Source of the DNA: Hypanus sabinus
Taxonomy: Eukaryota
Direction: 5' to 3'
Length of the DNA: 64,000 nucleotides
Assembly: GCF_030144855.1 (NCBI RefSeq)
Contig: NC_082708.1
Location: forward strand, 67,704,001-67,768,000
Of the stretch, positions 25,262 to 39,299 are shown in pieces (the stretch's first letter is position 1; every line of letters begins with the position of its first letter). The position numbers and the translations under genes are program-made. Under the pieces are notes generated by a model. That model was not told where the DNA came from and made no database searches. It worked only from the letters and a program-made list of their open reading frames with translations.

Positions 25262-25505
25262 ATGGTACAATGGTACAACAAGTAGAGCGATTGTCTCACC
25301 GCTCCAAAACTCCAGATTCCATTCTGACCTCAGACACTCACTGTGTGGATATTGTATGATCTTTCTATGGTCACTGGGGTTTCCCTAGAATAGAGCAGGA
25401 GGAGAATGGATGGGGAGCTAGTGGGTCTGTGTGGGGGAACAGGCTACAGGGAGTGAATGGGTTGATGAGATATCTGAGAGCTGATTCACACTTGATGGCC
25501 TGAAT
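25262..25505 (+). mobile_element. Degraded V-SINE
   Basis: tRNA-like head and ctgtgtgga..ttgtatg..ctgggg tttcc V-domain remnant, CR1-like tail gatggcctgaatg. Confidence 0.55.
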
Positions 25506-26927
25506 GTCTTACTTCATGGGGAAATTTGACAACAGAATATATGTCACCACAAAATCAACATGATTCCCTCAATGCCCATCCAGTGCCTTTCCAAAGCCTG
25601 TATGTCATACAAGTTATCTGTCATCATTTCATTCTGCAGAATGCTAAATTGCAGCTCTCACAGCAACCCAAGGACGGAGACTGGGTGCCAGAGTTATCCA
25701 GTAACAATATATTTCTTGAGTCCAATATGCAATGCATGGGGCACATGTATATAATGAATAAGATGCTGCCATGTCAATGAAGTAAAACAGATCACTGACA
25801 ATTAATTCTTCTGTCTGGACACTGCTATGAAGGAGTCAGCAATATTCTGCAGAGCAGCTGTCAAGAAGTGTGGTGTTATGTACTGTATAGGTATTTTTTT
25901 CCAATCATTCTGCAGTGAGCAACAGAATGGCTGGAAGAAAATGAAAAATAAGAGCAGAAAGAAGAAAGAAGGAGATAAGCTTGATATTCACTTTTCAGCT
26001 GGCCGATCAATTCACATCCCATCAACTGCAATATCAGTATGCCAACATCTGCTGCTCAACATGGCCACTCGAGATCATCACAAGTTCCATATGGTCACAA
26101 GTAATCATAAACAAGGAATCAATGCCATGTCAATGTTCCAAACTAAAGATACAAATCAATATACTGTATGTCATGTCAGATAGAAATTTGCTTAGTATCT
26201 ATTCTATGTACAATTCCATCTCTTCTCTTACTGCTGCAGCTAGGTGAAGGGAAGGCTGTTCTCTTTAAGAGAAGACTCTGAATGTGTGGCGAGGTGACAT
26301 CAAATACCTTTGAGTCTAGAAAGCCCAGCTTCATTCCACTTTTTAACCATGAGCTTCAGAAGGGCTAAGCATGGCAGGAATAGCTGTCTGGCAGGCAACA
26401 CCAAGAGCAGTAGTACAGTGCCAGTTGTAGGTCACAATGCCACCATCCTGATGGAAGACAACACATCCATAGTCAAAGATCTTTTGGCATCCCCTGGCTT
26501 GGTGCTTCAACAATTCTAAAATTACATCAGAGAAAATATTGCTGGATTATGTGACACATTTGTACAAATGTCTATACCTACTATCATTTTAATGTCTGCA
26601 ATTGAATGTAAGACAAGAACTTGGATAAAACAGAGGTGTTTGCATGACAGCAGCAGGAATTTCCACTGGAATATTCAAATACTGATCTGCTGGCTTTTCA
26701 GTGGGAACTGAAACATCCACCACCAGGCTAGACATGCCTTGGCTCTGGAAGTGATGATGTGAAGCTAGGTGGAAAAGAGGGTGTCAGAGCTCATGCCAAG
26801 CCCCATGTAAGGTTCGTGCTGAACTCCATTTCTTGAATATTGTTAGGATGTTGGTTTACAGATCTTCCAGCCAATGCTTTAAACAATCCATTATACATGC
26901 TCATTACTCTCCTTCTATAGGCAACCT

Positions 26928-28130
26928 AAGATAAGAAATAAGACATAGGAACAGAATCAGGCTATTTGGTCTATGAGTTTGTTCTATCATTCCATCATGG
27001 ATGATTTATCACCCCTCTGAACCCCATTCTCTTACCTTCTACCTGAAACCTTTGAAACCCTTATTAATCAAGAATCTTATCAATTTCCACTTTAAAATAC
27101 CCAATGATTTGGCTGCCACATATGTCTGTGCAATGAATTCCACAGATTCATCACCCAGTAGTGAAAGAAATTCCTTCTTATCTCCATTCTAGAGAGACAT
27201 CCTTCTGTTCTGAGGCTGTGCCTTTAAGCTTGAGACTCACCCACTTTAGAAAATATTCTGCCCACATCCATTCTATCTAGGCCTTTCAATATTGCGTACA
27301 GTAGGTTTCAATGAGATCCTCATTCTTCTAAACTCCAGCAAGTACAGACCAGAGTCATCAAATGTTACTCATATGTTAACCCTTTCATTCCTGGGTTCAT
27401 TCAATTGAACCTCCTCTAGACACTCTCCAGTGTCACTATTGATTCTTAGATAAAGGGCCCAAAGCTGCTTGCAACACTCCAAGTGCAGTCTGACCAATGC
27501 CTTATAAAGCTTCCAATTTATGGCCTTACTTTTATATTCTAGCCCTCTCAAAATGCATGCTAACCTTGCATTTACCTTCCTTGCCACCAATTCATCCTGT
27601 AAGAAACTTTTGGAAATCCAGCATGAGGACTTACAAGCCACTTTTCTGAATTTATCCCATTTATGTCCATGCCTTTATTCTCTCTATCAAAGTGCAAGAT
27701 TACACTCTTCCCTATTCTATATACCATCTACAACTTCTTTACCCATTCATTGAATCTGTCCAAATCCTTCTGCAGACTCCTTTCTGCCTCAACGTTACCT
27801 TCATCCCCACCTATCTATACATCATCCACAGACTTGGCCACAGAGCCATCGATTCTGTTATCCCAACACCGACATCACTAGTCACTGGCAGCCAACCAGA
27901 AAAGGTCCGATTTATTCCAACTCCTTACCTCCTGCCAGTCACCCATTCTTCTAACCATGCTAGTATATTTCCTGTAATCCCATGGGTTCTTATCTTGTTA
28001 AGCAGCCTCATGTGTGACACCTTCTGGAAATGCAAGTAAGCAATATTCACTGACTTTCTTTTGACTATCCTGTGTGTCATTCTTCAAATAATTCCAACAG
28101 GTTCGTCAGGAAAGATTTTCCCTTAACCAT
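26928..28130 (-). mobile_element. CR1 LINE 3' fragment
   Basis: KVNARLACILRGLEYKSK..KLYKALVRLHLECCKQLWALYLR; CR1-type microsatellite tail at 26928 (taagataagaaataagacatagga). Confidence 0.88.
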
Positions 28131-30316
28131 GCAGACATCTGCTTATATTATTGTACATCTCCAAATACAGACTCAAGCAACATTAATACCAACAACTTCA
28201 AAATCCTCAATAAATACACCATTTTCTGAATTTCTCTGTGACCTTCTCTTCTATTTGCCAACCTCTATTTAGGACCATTCCCTAACCTTTCCAATTGCCC
28301 ATGTTCCAGTTAGCATAAAGCCAGCATACCTAAACCAACTCCCATGTTATGTGTTGTCAATATTTGTGTTAACTGTGAATGTTAAATTAGGGGGTGATGT
28401 CTTTGTCACCTCAGTCTTGCTCTTATGGAAGTAGAAAGGCATAACAGTAGGACTGAGGTGTAGGAAAAGGGGCAAGTTAGGGATGCAAGCTTACATAATT
28501 TTCTGTTTGCAAATCAGAAGGGAGAAATTCAAATCAAAGAGGTTTGGATATGACAATAGCATCATCTTCTATGGGGTTTCTGCTGCTGATCCTGAATATA
28601 TAATAACTATTCCAATTGTGGAAAGCATTTTTTTATCCATGACGCTGATGTGATGTGACTATAGCTGTTCTCTACCAGTGAAATTCTGTTGCTGGTGACC
28701 ATGTCCTGCAGGAGTCAGGGAAGTGCTGGTGAGTTTTCCATAGGTGATGTGCTTGTCATGGTTGTGCAGTTGCCTGCATGTGAAATCTGTGTATGTTTGC
28801 AGTAGTGATAAAGGTGTGAGGAAGCAGTGAAACATATGAGTAATACAAAAATAATGACTTTTCATCTATTTAGGCTTGGCATCATTAGAAACAGATTGCC
28901 TATTAATATAAGCATTCACTTTGACATGTGCTATAGCCCTGCTTGCACCTACATCATTTGAGAGTTTCCAGATAAGGGCAAATGTACACAGCTAAAATCC
29001 TGATAGAGTAAGGTTTTAGGAGGTGACCAATGGCTTGGAAGTGTTTTGAACATTGTATGAATCTTGTGGTAGAGCTGGGGAATATGAATTATCAGAAATG
29101 TCTGATGTATCCTCTGCAACTCTATTTCTATCACTTTCCTAATTCCGACAAAATACTGAAGCACTAATTTCATTTCTCTTTCCACAGGTGCTGCCTGACT
29201 TGCTGTGTGCTTCCAGCAGTTGCTTTTATTTTGGAGTTTCAACATCTGCAGTTTTTTTTATATCGAATTTCATTTTCTCTTGGATATGGACAAAGAGCTG
29301 AGTTTGACAAAACAAACTTGAATTCAAGTGAACGCTTTGTGGAACTGTATCATGGTCTGGGGTTTGGTTCCTGATATTGCTGTTCATGGTTGTCTGTTCC
29401 TTATGCCTTTTAAGCATCTATCTTGTTCACCTCCTAGTAGAAACAAAGCAGTGCCTTCAGCCAGCAGTTTCAAAGCAGTGTCAAAAATCCATGTAACCTG
29501 TCTCCCATATTGTACCATTTGTGAAGTGTATCTACCTAAGTTAGCATGGGGATCAGAATGTCTTTGAGACCCTGCTCCCAATATGAAGACCTGGCTATTT
29601 ACAGAACTGCTGCAGTATAATCCATGATGAACCTAATTAATGCAGATTCTAAGGAGCAATGATTTACTTGAATTTGCTAGTCTGCTGACAACAAAATGAA
29701 CAAATAATTGTACACTGAGGTCCTCCAGCTTGTTTTGTGGGAGCTATTCCAATTAAGCACAAAGTGTGCTATGAATTAGAATGCCCTGTGTTAATGGTTA
29801 CCAAACAGATTTTCTTCCTTACATACAACTTCTGGTTGAAGCTCTTATCAGTAATGTCTCAGGTCATAATGCTTTCTCTCTTATGTCTGATCTTTATTTT
29901 ATTTATGCCTCTAGATGGCAGTCAGTTAATTAAGAGATGATGAAGGTCTAGGGGGAATATTTTCTGTTCAGCATTCCTACATTTCATTAATTTAAAATCA
30001 GTGGCATTTTATCTCTTACCTATTAAGGCTTGGCTTAGTTATAACTACAGAACTTCTAATAAAATAAACATTCACTTTTGCTTGTGCTTAAGGCCTGCTT
30101 GCAAGCAACATTTTAGAGAGGTTTCAGATAATGCACAATTAAAACTAAGACATCTCCCAGTAGAAAACGGTTGCCATTATTATTGAATAAGTGAAAGAAT
30201 GCAGGCAATCATTCCCACTGGAGAAACCTCCTGCCTTAATTAATTTATCTTCGGAACCTTCTTAGCTTCGCAGGAGGATGTCATCCAGCAAGGACTTGTT
30301 TCCTTTCACTTCAAGA

Positions 30317-30560
30317 TTCAAGATTTAATTTTATTTATTCCATGTACATCAAAAATACAGAGAATTGTGTCACTTGCATAACAGCCAACACACCCAGGGG
30401 AATGCTGAGGGCAGCCCACAACTGTTGCCACACATTCCAGTACAAACATAGCATGCCCACAATGCTTGGATGAACAACATAAAACACAACAAACAAAACA
30501 ACAGCAGCAAAACAAGCCTACAGTCCTCTTTCCCACCCATGCACATACACAGTCCTCTAA
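30317..30560 (-). mobile_element. Retroposon tail fragment (same family as 22930-23050 and 52000-52140)
   Basis: Shared gggcagcccaca/gtggcaacagttgtgggctgccc and tgatgtacatg..aataaa tail. Confidence 0.6.
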
Positions 30561-32229
30561 ACACAAGTCAGTCTGTATTCTTTGACCTTCAGTCTTCAGT
30601 GGACTGAACTGCACATTGAGAGAAATAGAAGAAAATTGAAGGAATTAGGAGGCAAAAGATTTGTTTAATGGCTTTATGCAGAAAAATGCTGAAGTCCTCT
30701 TATTCAAGACCAAAATTTCAGAATTTAAAGATAACAGCTAACTAAGTGTGATTTGAATCTCAGCAAGGTCAATCTCAAATAAACTTAGATTTTCATCGCA
30801 GTGCCCCATAAAATTGTACTCCTAGTGACCTTCCTGCTGGGCCACAAAATAATTTTTTTAAATTTTTTGCTGCTGCTTCATGCTCAAAAGTAGAATAGTT
30901 GAGTCTGGTGGTACCTTGTGTATTGACCCAAGCTGTGCAGTGAACTTTCGGAAGCTGCTTTGTGTCAGAGAACATGCATATCCATTTTAGCAAAATTTTC
31001 TGGATGTAAAACACCATCAAACTATCAATGTCAATTCTGCATTTTTTGGGGGAGATTTGATTTGGTGTTAGTACTGAAAATCAAGATGTTTTAAAGGGTT
31101 CAGTCCAATTTCTGGACTCATTTCAGGTTAAGTGTCCCAAAATTTCTTCTAAACTCTGACTGAAAGAGATCCAAATTCAGAGTTCCTGTACACTTAATGC
31201 TTGATTTACTAGAAATATTCCAATTGCAAGGAAAAACTAAATACGTGCAACAAAATTCAGAAGACTGAAATTCTGCAGGATTTGGGAAATATATCTGAGC
31301 ATGTCCTATAATTGACACTCCCAGTCTTTCTTTCTTTCTTGATTGTGGCAAAATTAAAGGACATTAAAGAACCTGGAATTATTCTTCTTTGAAGTGAAAA
31401 GCGTAAAAAGAAATTGCATTCATGTATTCAAAATTTTTTGAGGATTGCATTTTATTTCCGATGCTTCTGACATTGGTAATATTTGTGAGGAGAAACTATT
31501 GTTAATGCTTAGCGAGTTAGAAACAAAGCAAGCTTACATGCTGCAGATGCTGGTAGTCTGAAAGAAAAGCAGAAAATGTTAAGAGCAAGCCAATCAGTAT
31601 GTGAGGAGAGAAACAGTTTGTCTTCATTTCATTAGAGCTGAAAAAGAGGTAAAACACACATGACTGAAGTTGCCAAGAAGGAGAGAGGGAGTACTTGTGA
31701 CAATGGATAATAAGGCTGTCTAGGTACTTTCAGTGCTGGCTGTCAGAGAGAGAGAAAAGAAAGCAAAAGAATATCTTAGGACTGTCAGATGCAAAGCACA
31801 GCAATTGCGGGAAATTTGAAACTAAAGAAATGCTGGGAACCGATCAAGGAACATCTGTGAACAGAGGAATACCTGAGTTATTGATAAGGTGGATGCCCTG
31901 ACATTAGATCTGACAAACAGAAAAGTCTGCTAACAAGAAATTGTTGAAATCAAAATTGCAATGTCTTTGGAGGGGAAAATTTTGATACTTGGTAAAAACA
32001 AAGAGAAGAGATAGATGGAAAAGTTAGAACACAGAAAATTGTTACGATCTGGAATATATTGCCTGAAAGGAATACAGAAAGCAGATTCAATCATAAGCAT
32101 TAAAAGAGAACTGAACTGGGAAGATTTTCAGTGGTATAAGAAAAGAATCATAGGGAATCAGAAATCAGAGCCACGTAGTAGAAGATCTAGTCCAGCTGTT
32201 CCATCATAGTTCCAGTTGTAACCTTTGAT

Positions 32230-32500
32230 GCTGTATGTGTGAAGACTGCATGTCCTCACTGTGACTACGTGGACTTTCTTTTGGCTAATTTTGTAATGGG
32301 TCTCTCTCCAGGTCCTCCAGTTTCTTCCGACATTGAAAAGTATGCAGGTTTTTGGATAAATTAGCTTAGAAAATTGTCTTTGGTATGCAGGTGATCGGTA
32401 GGATCTGAATACAGTTGATAGGGTCGTGAGGAGAATCAAATTAGTGAAGGCAGAATTAGTGTGAAGAGTAAACCTTAATGATCAGCATGGACTATAGGTC
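32230..32500 (+). mobile_element. Degraded V-SINE
   Basis: gctgtatgtgtgaag..gcatgtcctc..ctctccaggtcctccagtttcttccgacat V-domain remnant. Confidence 0.55.
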
Positions 32501-33049
32501 TGTGTAGGTTCACCATTAGAAGATCATACGCTCGTTGAACAGAACACTGCAAACTGCAGACTAGTGAAAATACTACAACAACCTCAACCCCCACCACCCC
32601 ATCATACACAAAATCATTTCTACGTCAACTTAATATCAAACTTGATTACTGCTAATGGTTTATTCAGGGTGCTTTTTGAATAGAAATAATTGCCTTGCTG
32701 AGGTGAAGCATCTGACTGTGAATTAATGTAACTGAAGCTGTAGCTGCCATCCTATTCTGGAAGTGTCTGGATATGTGAAGTTCATTTCGGTCTTGAAAAA
32801 CAATTTTAGAAAACCTAGCATATCTGTTTTTCAGCATAGTCCCCTCCTACATTTACACACTTAGTCCATCAGTCATGGAGCATACGGATCTTGGACCTCC
32901 AGAAAGTGACCACAGCAGGGGTGATTGATAAGTTTGTGGCCTAAAGGCAGAAGGAGATGAGTTATACAGCTCTTGTTACATGCACATGCAGGTGAACTCT
33001 TTGAGTGATTATGCAGAAAATTTGAAGTTAATAACTCATCTCCTTCTAC

Positions 33050-33480
33050 CTTGGGACACAAACTTATCAATCACCCCTCATATCTAAATCAGCAGAATCT
33101 CTTTTTTAATAGTCAACATCACATAATGACCAATCTTGGAGTAGGATGAAATGTTTCTTCCAGGCTCTAGGTGACACCTGTAACCCTGGGACTGGGCAGA
33201 TAGTACAGCTATTGAGACTCACACAGTTACAACAAACATGATTTGTACCTTTAATGACACTATCCCATGTTACTTCTACATTCCTCATGCCTCTAGCCCC
33301 CTCAACCATAATATAGAGCTGTCATCAGATCATTCATCTTTCCATCAATCTTTAATCTTATCTACACATGCTGAAAGAATCCAATAGCTGTTGCAAGTGT
33401 ACAAGAATAGAAGTTACTCTATCACTGGCTTCTGGACCCCCATACCTGCTTCATTCATTATAATACTTTTCCATCTTCTT
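33050..33480 (-). mobile_element. CR1 ORF1 (SGNH esterase-like) fragment
   Basis: VEVTWDSVIKGTNH..CPVPGLQV resembles the VVIGDSIIRGT..CLPGARV motif of CR1 ORF1. Confidence 0.6.
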
Positions 33481-33512
33481 TGTAAGCAAATTGATGGACC
33501 ACTTCATGGAAT

Positions 33513-33852
33513 TGTTGCAAGGACATGGCAGTGGAACAAACCCAAGTGCAGAACATAGGCATAGAGGCATAGTCAGGAGGCTTTATTAACATAGCAAGCG
33601 TGGAGTCAATATCCAGGAGCAATGCTTGACCTCGAACTGATAGTCCAAAGAATCATGAAATGAGCTTATTCACACACAAGTTTACCAACACGATGGCAGC
33701 TCCTTGTTGTGCTCACGGGGCTTTTATACTGCATTGCTGATTGAAAGCAGGTGTTTGTAGTTAGTGGAACCTGGGAATGATTGGAACTAAATGAGGTGAG
33801 TGAGGCCTGAGGCAAATAGCCAGGTGGGCAATTGCCAGAAGGGACCGTGACA
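33513..33852 (-). mobile_element. Solo LTR, chromovirus-type
   Basis: TG...GTGACA ends; shares cccaagtgc and gtgaca landmarks with the LTR at 41963-42340; TATA-like (tataaaa) and aataaa signals on the minus strand. Confidence 0.6.
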
Positions 33853-36800
33853 AGAACAAAGGGTCCTCCTCCTTCACTCATTGCAGTGTATGAATCTTGG
33901 ATTCCAGTTCTATAACTCCAAGATAAATTTCCTGAAACCAAAATGAAGCCAGTTGTTCAACACTACAGGGCCTGTCTGACCTCTCTGTTGCTATGCTAAG
34001 CAGAAAGTTGGGAGATGTGATAGAGAGCTACTGTGGCTGCTTGGAATAATCCTACAGTGAGTAATTTCAGAGTCACTGGTGAGACCAGTCCAGCCAAACC
34101 ACATGGGCAGAAGTCATACTACAGAATGGTGCCTACATTGGAGATAACTGTTTTAGAAAATCTGAGTTTGCAAATATATGCTCATCAGAAATGTTCACAT
34201 GAAATGTGGTGTCTCTAAAGACTCCTGTGGACCAGTTCCTTTGCTCATGCTGATCAAAGACCACAACCCATGAGGAGTAGCCAATCACTTCCATAAGAAT
34301 ATCTCCAATAATGGTGTGCAGTCATCAGTCAGTACAAACACTGTTTTATTTTCCTTGCAGTTTATTAATTGGTTACCTGCTTGTGTTTAAGTTTTTCTTA
34401 TATGCACTTATCAGTTTAATATGCTTCTGGTAGATCCACAAAATATAATTCTGGAAAGCTCTGGAAGCTTCTTCTGCAGCATTAAATGAATAAGTGCTTT
34501 CTCGTTGGTTAATTTGGTACTGTGGTATTGAATGAGTGCTTTCTAATTGGTTAATATTTATCTACAGATATGAATACAACTTTCTTATCTCTATGGGTAA
34601 GCTAAACACAAAGCAGCACAATCTTAATCTTCTGAGCTCTTTAATCTTAGCATTCTCTATCAAAGTCTGTTCAACTTTCCTCTGTCTTATCAACTCTTAA
34701 TAAAATGATTGTGAAAAAATATGTTTTGTGGCTCTTTCCTGACTTTGAAAAGAACTTTAGATTGAAACACTAGAATCCTACAACATCTTTGAATGAGTAA
34801 CTTGGTAGCTCATTCTGGAAAAAACACAATGTTTATTGTAGTACTCTTTGGGCCTTGCAGAGCATTTAAGCAGACAGCAGTCAATCAAAAGCACGTCCAT
34901 GAAATTGTCAATGAAGTGCATGAAACTATCAATTTGGTCTCCTGATGTCAGCAGAATGTCCCTTTATTAACCTGTAAGGAATTAACTAGCATGACATGCT
35001 CTTGGGTCAAGTGAAATTATCCCATGAAAGTTGCAATGTGGAGCTGTGAGATCTAATTTATGTTGGTATAGAGAGAAATAGGAATAGTTATGTCATTAAG
35101 TTCTTGCCTGTGGCTTTGAGAAGGTTGAACATGTCAGCATGAGTTCAGTTCAGTTTTACATTTGTTATGATTTCAGCTGAAAATTATTGTTGGTGTCATT
35201 TGCTCTGGGTAAAATCAAAATTTTAGTGCTATGTATCATAAACTAAATAGAAAATATTATCCTGAGAAACTATTCACTACAGCAAAAGTGGAAACATGCA
35301 CCTGAGTTCAGACTAAGACATTATGCCATGTGGATTAATATCTCCTGCTGCAAACAATAGTGAAATCTTGGAACAATTGAGTTGTGGAGGCTATCTGTAG
35401 AAGTACTTAAAATGGAGCTAGATAAATATTTGAAAGATTGGGGAATCTAACACAGAGAAGTTGCAGAGATTGGGGCAGATCAGCCAGATCATAATGAACA
35501 CTGGGCAGGTTTGAGGGCCAGCTGACCTACTGCTTTTGGATCTGGAGATGACATTGAAAACTGGTTCAAGCTGGACTGATAAAGAACTCTTCTATGATTG
35601 AAACAGCCTGTGAGACAAAGACAGTCTTGATTTACACAGCTGTAACATCTCAGTCTTACAGACAAAGAAACTACAGAGTGTAGAATTACTATACTACAAT
35701 TACTGAAAATCCATTGAGCACTTACAGTCAAACAGGTGATTATGCAAACATATAAGCAAGCATAAAAGAAATTAAGCTATAAGAAAGACATAACTTTCAA
35801 CTTGACCCAACACATTCATATTGCTATTGCATCATAATGCTTATCAACAATAGTCTGAAGCCCACCATGTATTGAATGATGCTTCCCATTTCAGCGGTCC
35901 TGCACCCTATCTTCTCACAGAGCAAGCTTCTTCATTGAAAATATAACACCAGATGTAAGGAAGAGCAAACCAGGTTGTCAGCCTGGATTCCAACACTTCC
36001 CAATCCATCAGCTTTCATCCTTATATCATTCGGCCAGGCAATGCAAACTGCTGCAGTCCAGGTCAAGATGAACCAGCTTGAATCAGGCCTTCAGTATCCA
36101 AAGCAGCTTGAGGTCACTACTCAGCACTGTTGCATCTTCCCCAGCCTCTGCAGCCTTCCAACTGTCAAACATTAGACACTGTGGAAGCAGATTACAGGAC
36201 TGCAAGAACAGGGAATGATCCATCAAAGATGGGCAACAAGAGAATGTGCAAGATAATTGCATTAACTGTGTCATCTTTGTCTTGATTTGTATTGATCTGA
36301 TCACTTTTGATTGGATTTTAAACTTTGCATTGATATTAATGTCTGCAGTAACGAGGACAATGGCTAACTACCAGGCTACCCCTCTATAGAGTTGATAACT
36401 TTTGGAAGGGACAACAGCATCAGAATTGCAAAGGCTCCTGCTGTATAGACAAATCAAATTCTGGCAAGCTAGGACTTGGTAAAGCAACTAAAATTTAGGT
36501 ATCAGCCAAGAATTTTAGACAGTAGAATCATATAATCATAGAACAATATCATATCTCAGAAATTACATTGGTCTTCACTGGCACGATATAGTCCCTTTAA
36601 ATATTGGCAATGGTCTCTTCATAGTGTACACTGATATATTCCGTGAAATAAGTTCAGATTTGAGTCCCCAATTATCAGGTACCTTCGTTATGCCAATGAC
36701 AGCTTTAGATAAAGACTGTGTACTGACCCAGCTATGATCAGTGAACAAAAATGGTGGCATGCAGAGACTCAGCAGCTTTTCTCGTTCCCAATAATGTCGC

Positions 36801-36959
36801 TAGTTTTAAATTCTTAGGTAATATTTCAAAGTTCGAGTCATCGATATCAGTCAACCAAAGTTCTGTGAACACAGTATTACTAAACTCTAAGAAAAGCTTA
36901 CTTTTAATACACTAGCATCAGAGTTAATAGCGGTGCTCAGTGGACTAGGGATTATTCTA

Positions 36960-37530
36960 CAGACACCAGGCCCGGTGACAGTTGCTAATCCCTCTACTTT
37001 CTGAAGGGAGCTGGACTATGCACATCAATACTCCTGTCATTCTACAGATGCACATTAGAGAGCAGCCTAACATGTTGCATCACTGCATGGTATGGAAACT
37101 GCACTGCGGTGGACAGGGGCTCTAAAACACATAGTCAAAACTGCCCAATGAATCTCCAACACCAGTGTACCTGCCATTAATTTGTTTTTAGTAAATATCT
37201 GAAGCAGATAATGTTCAGTTCTATTTGGAGCATAGAACAGTACAACACAGGAACAGGCTCTTCTGGCTGTACGTGATGCTGAATTAAGGGAAATCTGTTC
37301 TAGTTATTTATGAACGCTATCCCTCCATGCCTAGCATAATCATTTGTCTAGCAGCCCCTTAAACACCACTATAGTATCTACTTCTACCACTATCCTTGGC
37401 AGTCTGCTCCCAGCTCCTACAACAGTGTAAAAAAAAACATGCCTTTCACATCTGTTTAAACTTATCCAAGTCTCACCTTAAATACATGGCCTCCGATACT
37501 TGATGTTTCTGCCCTGGATAACATTTGTAA
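36960..37530. mobile_element. Rex1-like fragment (+, ~36960-37180) and CR1 3' fragment (-, ~37230-37530)
   Basis: ESSLTCCITAWYGNCT-like frame; catagaacagtacaacacaggaacaggc CR1 tail. Confidence 0.7.
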
Positions 37531-37559
37531 CTCCCCAGGAAAGAGAACAATCACTTCAG

Positions 37560-38590
37560 CATGTAGGAAGACCTAAGTTCTAAGTTCAGGAAGATTAAGT
37601 TCAGTTTAAACAAGTTGTGAAAATGCTGTTGTCCTATTATATTACTTAAGTAAACAGAGTGGACCATCACACAATCACTATCTCCAGCAAGAGAGAGTAT
37701 ATTCATCTCTCCTTCACATTCAAAAATATTTTCATCATCAAAAGCTGTTGTCACTGATTAACTGTCTCTGACAACTCGCACTCATTCTCCAATCATTCTT
37801 CATTTACCTGTGCACAAGGAGAATGTCTTGGCTCCTGTCACCAAAATGTTCTGAAATGTCAACGAAGAAATGTTGTTTTTATACAGATATTGATTAGTTG
37901 TATGCAGATATTCATCCAATAGGAACATTGTGCAGTTCTAAATCCCAGCATTTGCATACTTAAATACCAATAAAAATACATATTTCAGATGTGAATAACC
38001 TATTAAATGTATGTGTTAAAGGCTAATAATCTTGAGAATTAGTAAAATAGCTGTCCAATAATAAGTTTTGCCCCAGAATTCTTCATTTGTGTTTATCTTG
38101 TCTTAGTGTAGTTTGATGAACTTGGCCCCCAAGATTGAACAGAAAGACAGAGAGTTAGACTTCAAGGGCTGTTAGGCCTGGGTGACTGGACTAAATCTGT
38201 ACACTATCTCTGTCAGATTATCATCTTGACTCTTACTTTACTGAACTTCCACATTCAGAAAAGGCTGGGTAAAGGGAAGTCCAGAGATTTGGTCTGTTCT
38301 GAGCAACAAGGGCAGTTTTGAACAGTACACTAACAATCATTGTTCGGACAACTGAAAAATGTTCTGTCAATTGAAATGTAGATCAAAGTTAGCAGGAAGG
38401 GTAAGAGTGGTGAAAATGTTACTGCGCTGTTACATTATCTAAATAAAAGAGTGGCCTGTCACACAATAATCATTTCCAGCAAGAGAGAGTATATACGTGT
38501 CGCTCCTTTACATTCAAAAATATTTTCATCATCAAATGCTGTGCTTCATTGATAGTTTTGGAATGAAGAATGGAAGATGTAAAGTCAGAT
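37560..38590. repeat. Unclassified ~0.8-kb low-copy repeat, about 1.3 tandem units (copy A)
   Basis: Block aaataaaagagtgg..caagagagagtata..cattcaaaaatattttcatcatcaaa occurs at ~37640-37745 and ~38435-38535; the region aligns with 56960-57617, 61700-62040 and 63290-64000. Confidence 0.9.
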
Positions 38591-38689
38591 TTCTTTTCAC
38601 TTACATATACAATAAAATATCTTATAGCAGCAATACAGTGCAATAAATAAAAATACTATAAACTACAAAAGAAAAACAATCAGAAACCA

Positions 38690-39015
38690 CTATTAAGTGC
38701 CAGAGAAGAGCCCAGTGTGGTCTTCTGCTGCTGTACCCCATCCACTTCAAAGTATGGCGTGTTGTGCATTCAGAAATGCTCTTCTGCACACCACTGTAGT
38801 AACATGTGGTTACATGAGTTACTGTCATCTTCCTGTCAGCTTGAAACAGTCTGGATATGTTTTTCTGACTTCTCATTAACAAGGTGTTATTGCCCGGAGC
38901 ACTGCCACTCACTGGATTTTTTTTTTTGTTTGTTTTTTGAACCATTCTCTGTTAACTCCAGAGATCTCTGGAATAATTTGAGGAGTAAAACACATCCAAT
39001 GAAAATCCCAGGAAT
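38690..39015 (-). mobile_element. Tc1/mariner non-autonomous derivative, left part
   Basis: SRLFQADRKMTVTHVTTCYYSGVQKSISECTTRHTLKWMGYSSRRP = Tc1 transposase DNA-binding region; paralog at 62170-62982. Confidence 0.8.
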
Positions 39016-39017
39016 TT

Positions 39018-39290
39018 TGGGGTGGCTTAGTGGTGCAGCAGTTAGCGTGATGCTGCTACAGCTCGGGACACCAGAGTTCAGAGTAGTTTCAGCACCATCT
39101 GCAAGGAGTTTGTATGTTCTCCACTTGACCACATGGGCTTCCTTTGGGTGCCCTGGTTTCCCCCCACAGTCCAAAGATGTACTGGATAAATTGTCCTGTG
39201 ATTAATCTGGTCTTAAATGGGTGGGCTGTTGGGTGGTAGGGATATTTGGGCTGGAAGAGCCTGTCCTGTGCTGGATTTCTAAAGAAATAA
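39018..39290 (+). mobile_element. V-SINE inserted in the Tc1 derivative
   Basis: tRNA-like head, gcaaggagtttgtatgttctcc, ttcctttgggtgccctggtttcccccacagtccaaagatgt. Confidence 0.8.
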
Positions 39291-39299
39291 TAATCAGCA

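Noticed and set aside
37650-37745. C/D-box snoRNA array (ATGATGA on the minus strand of the repeat core)
   Set aside because: No conserved downstream CTGA D box or terminal stem, and the C box is lost in copy D
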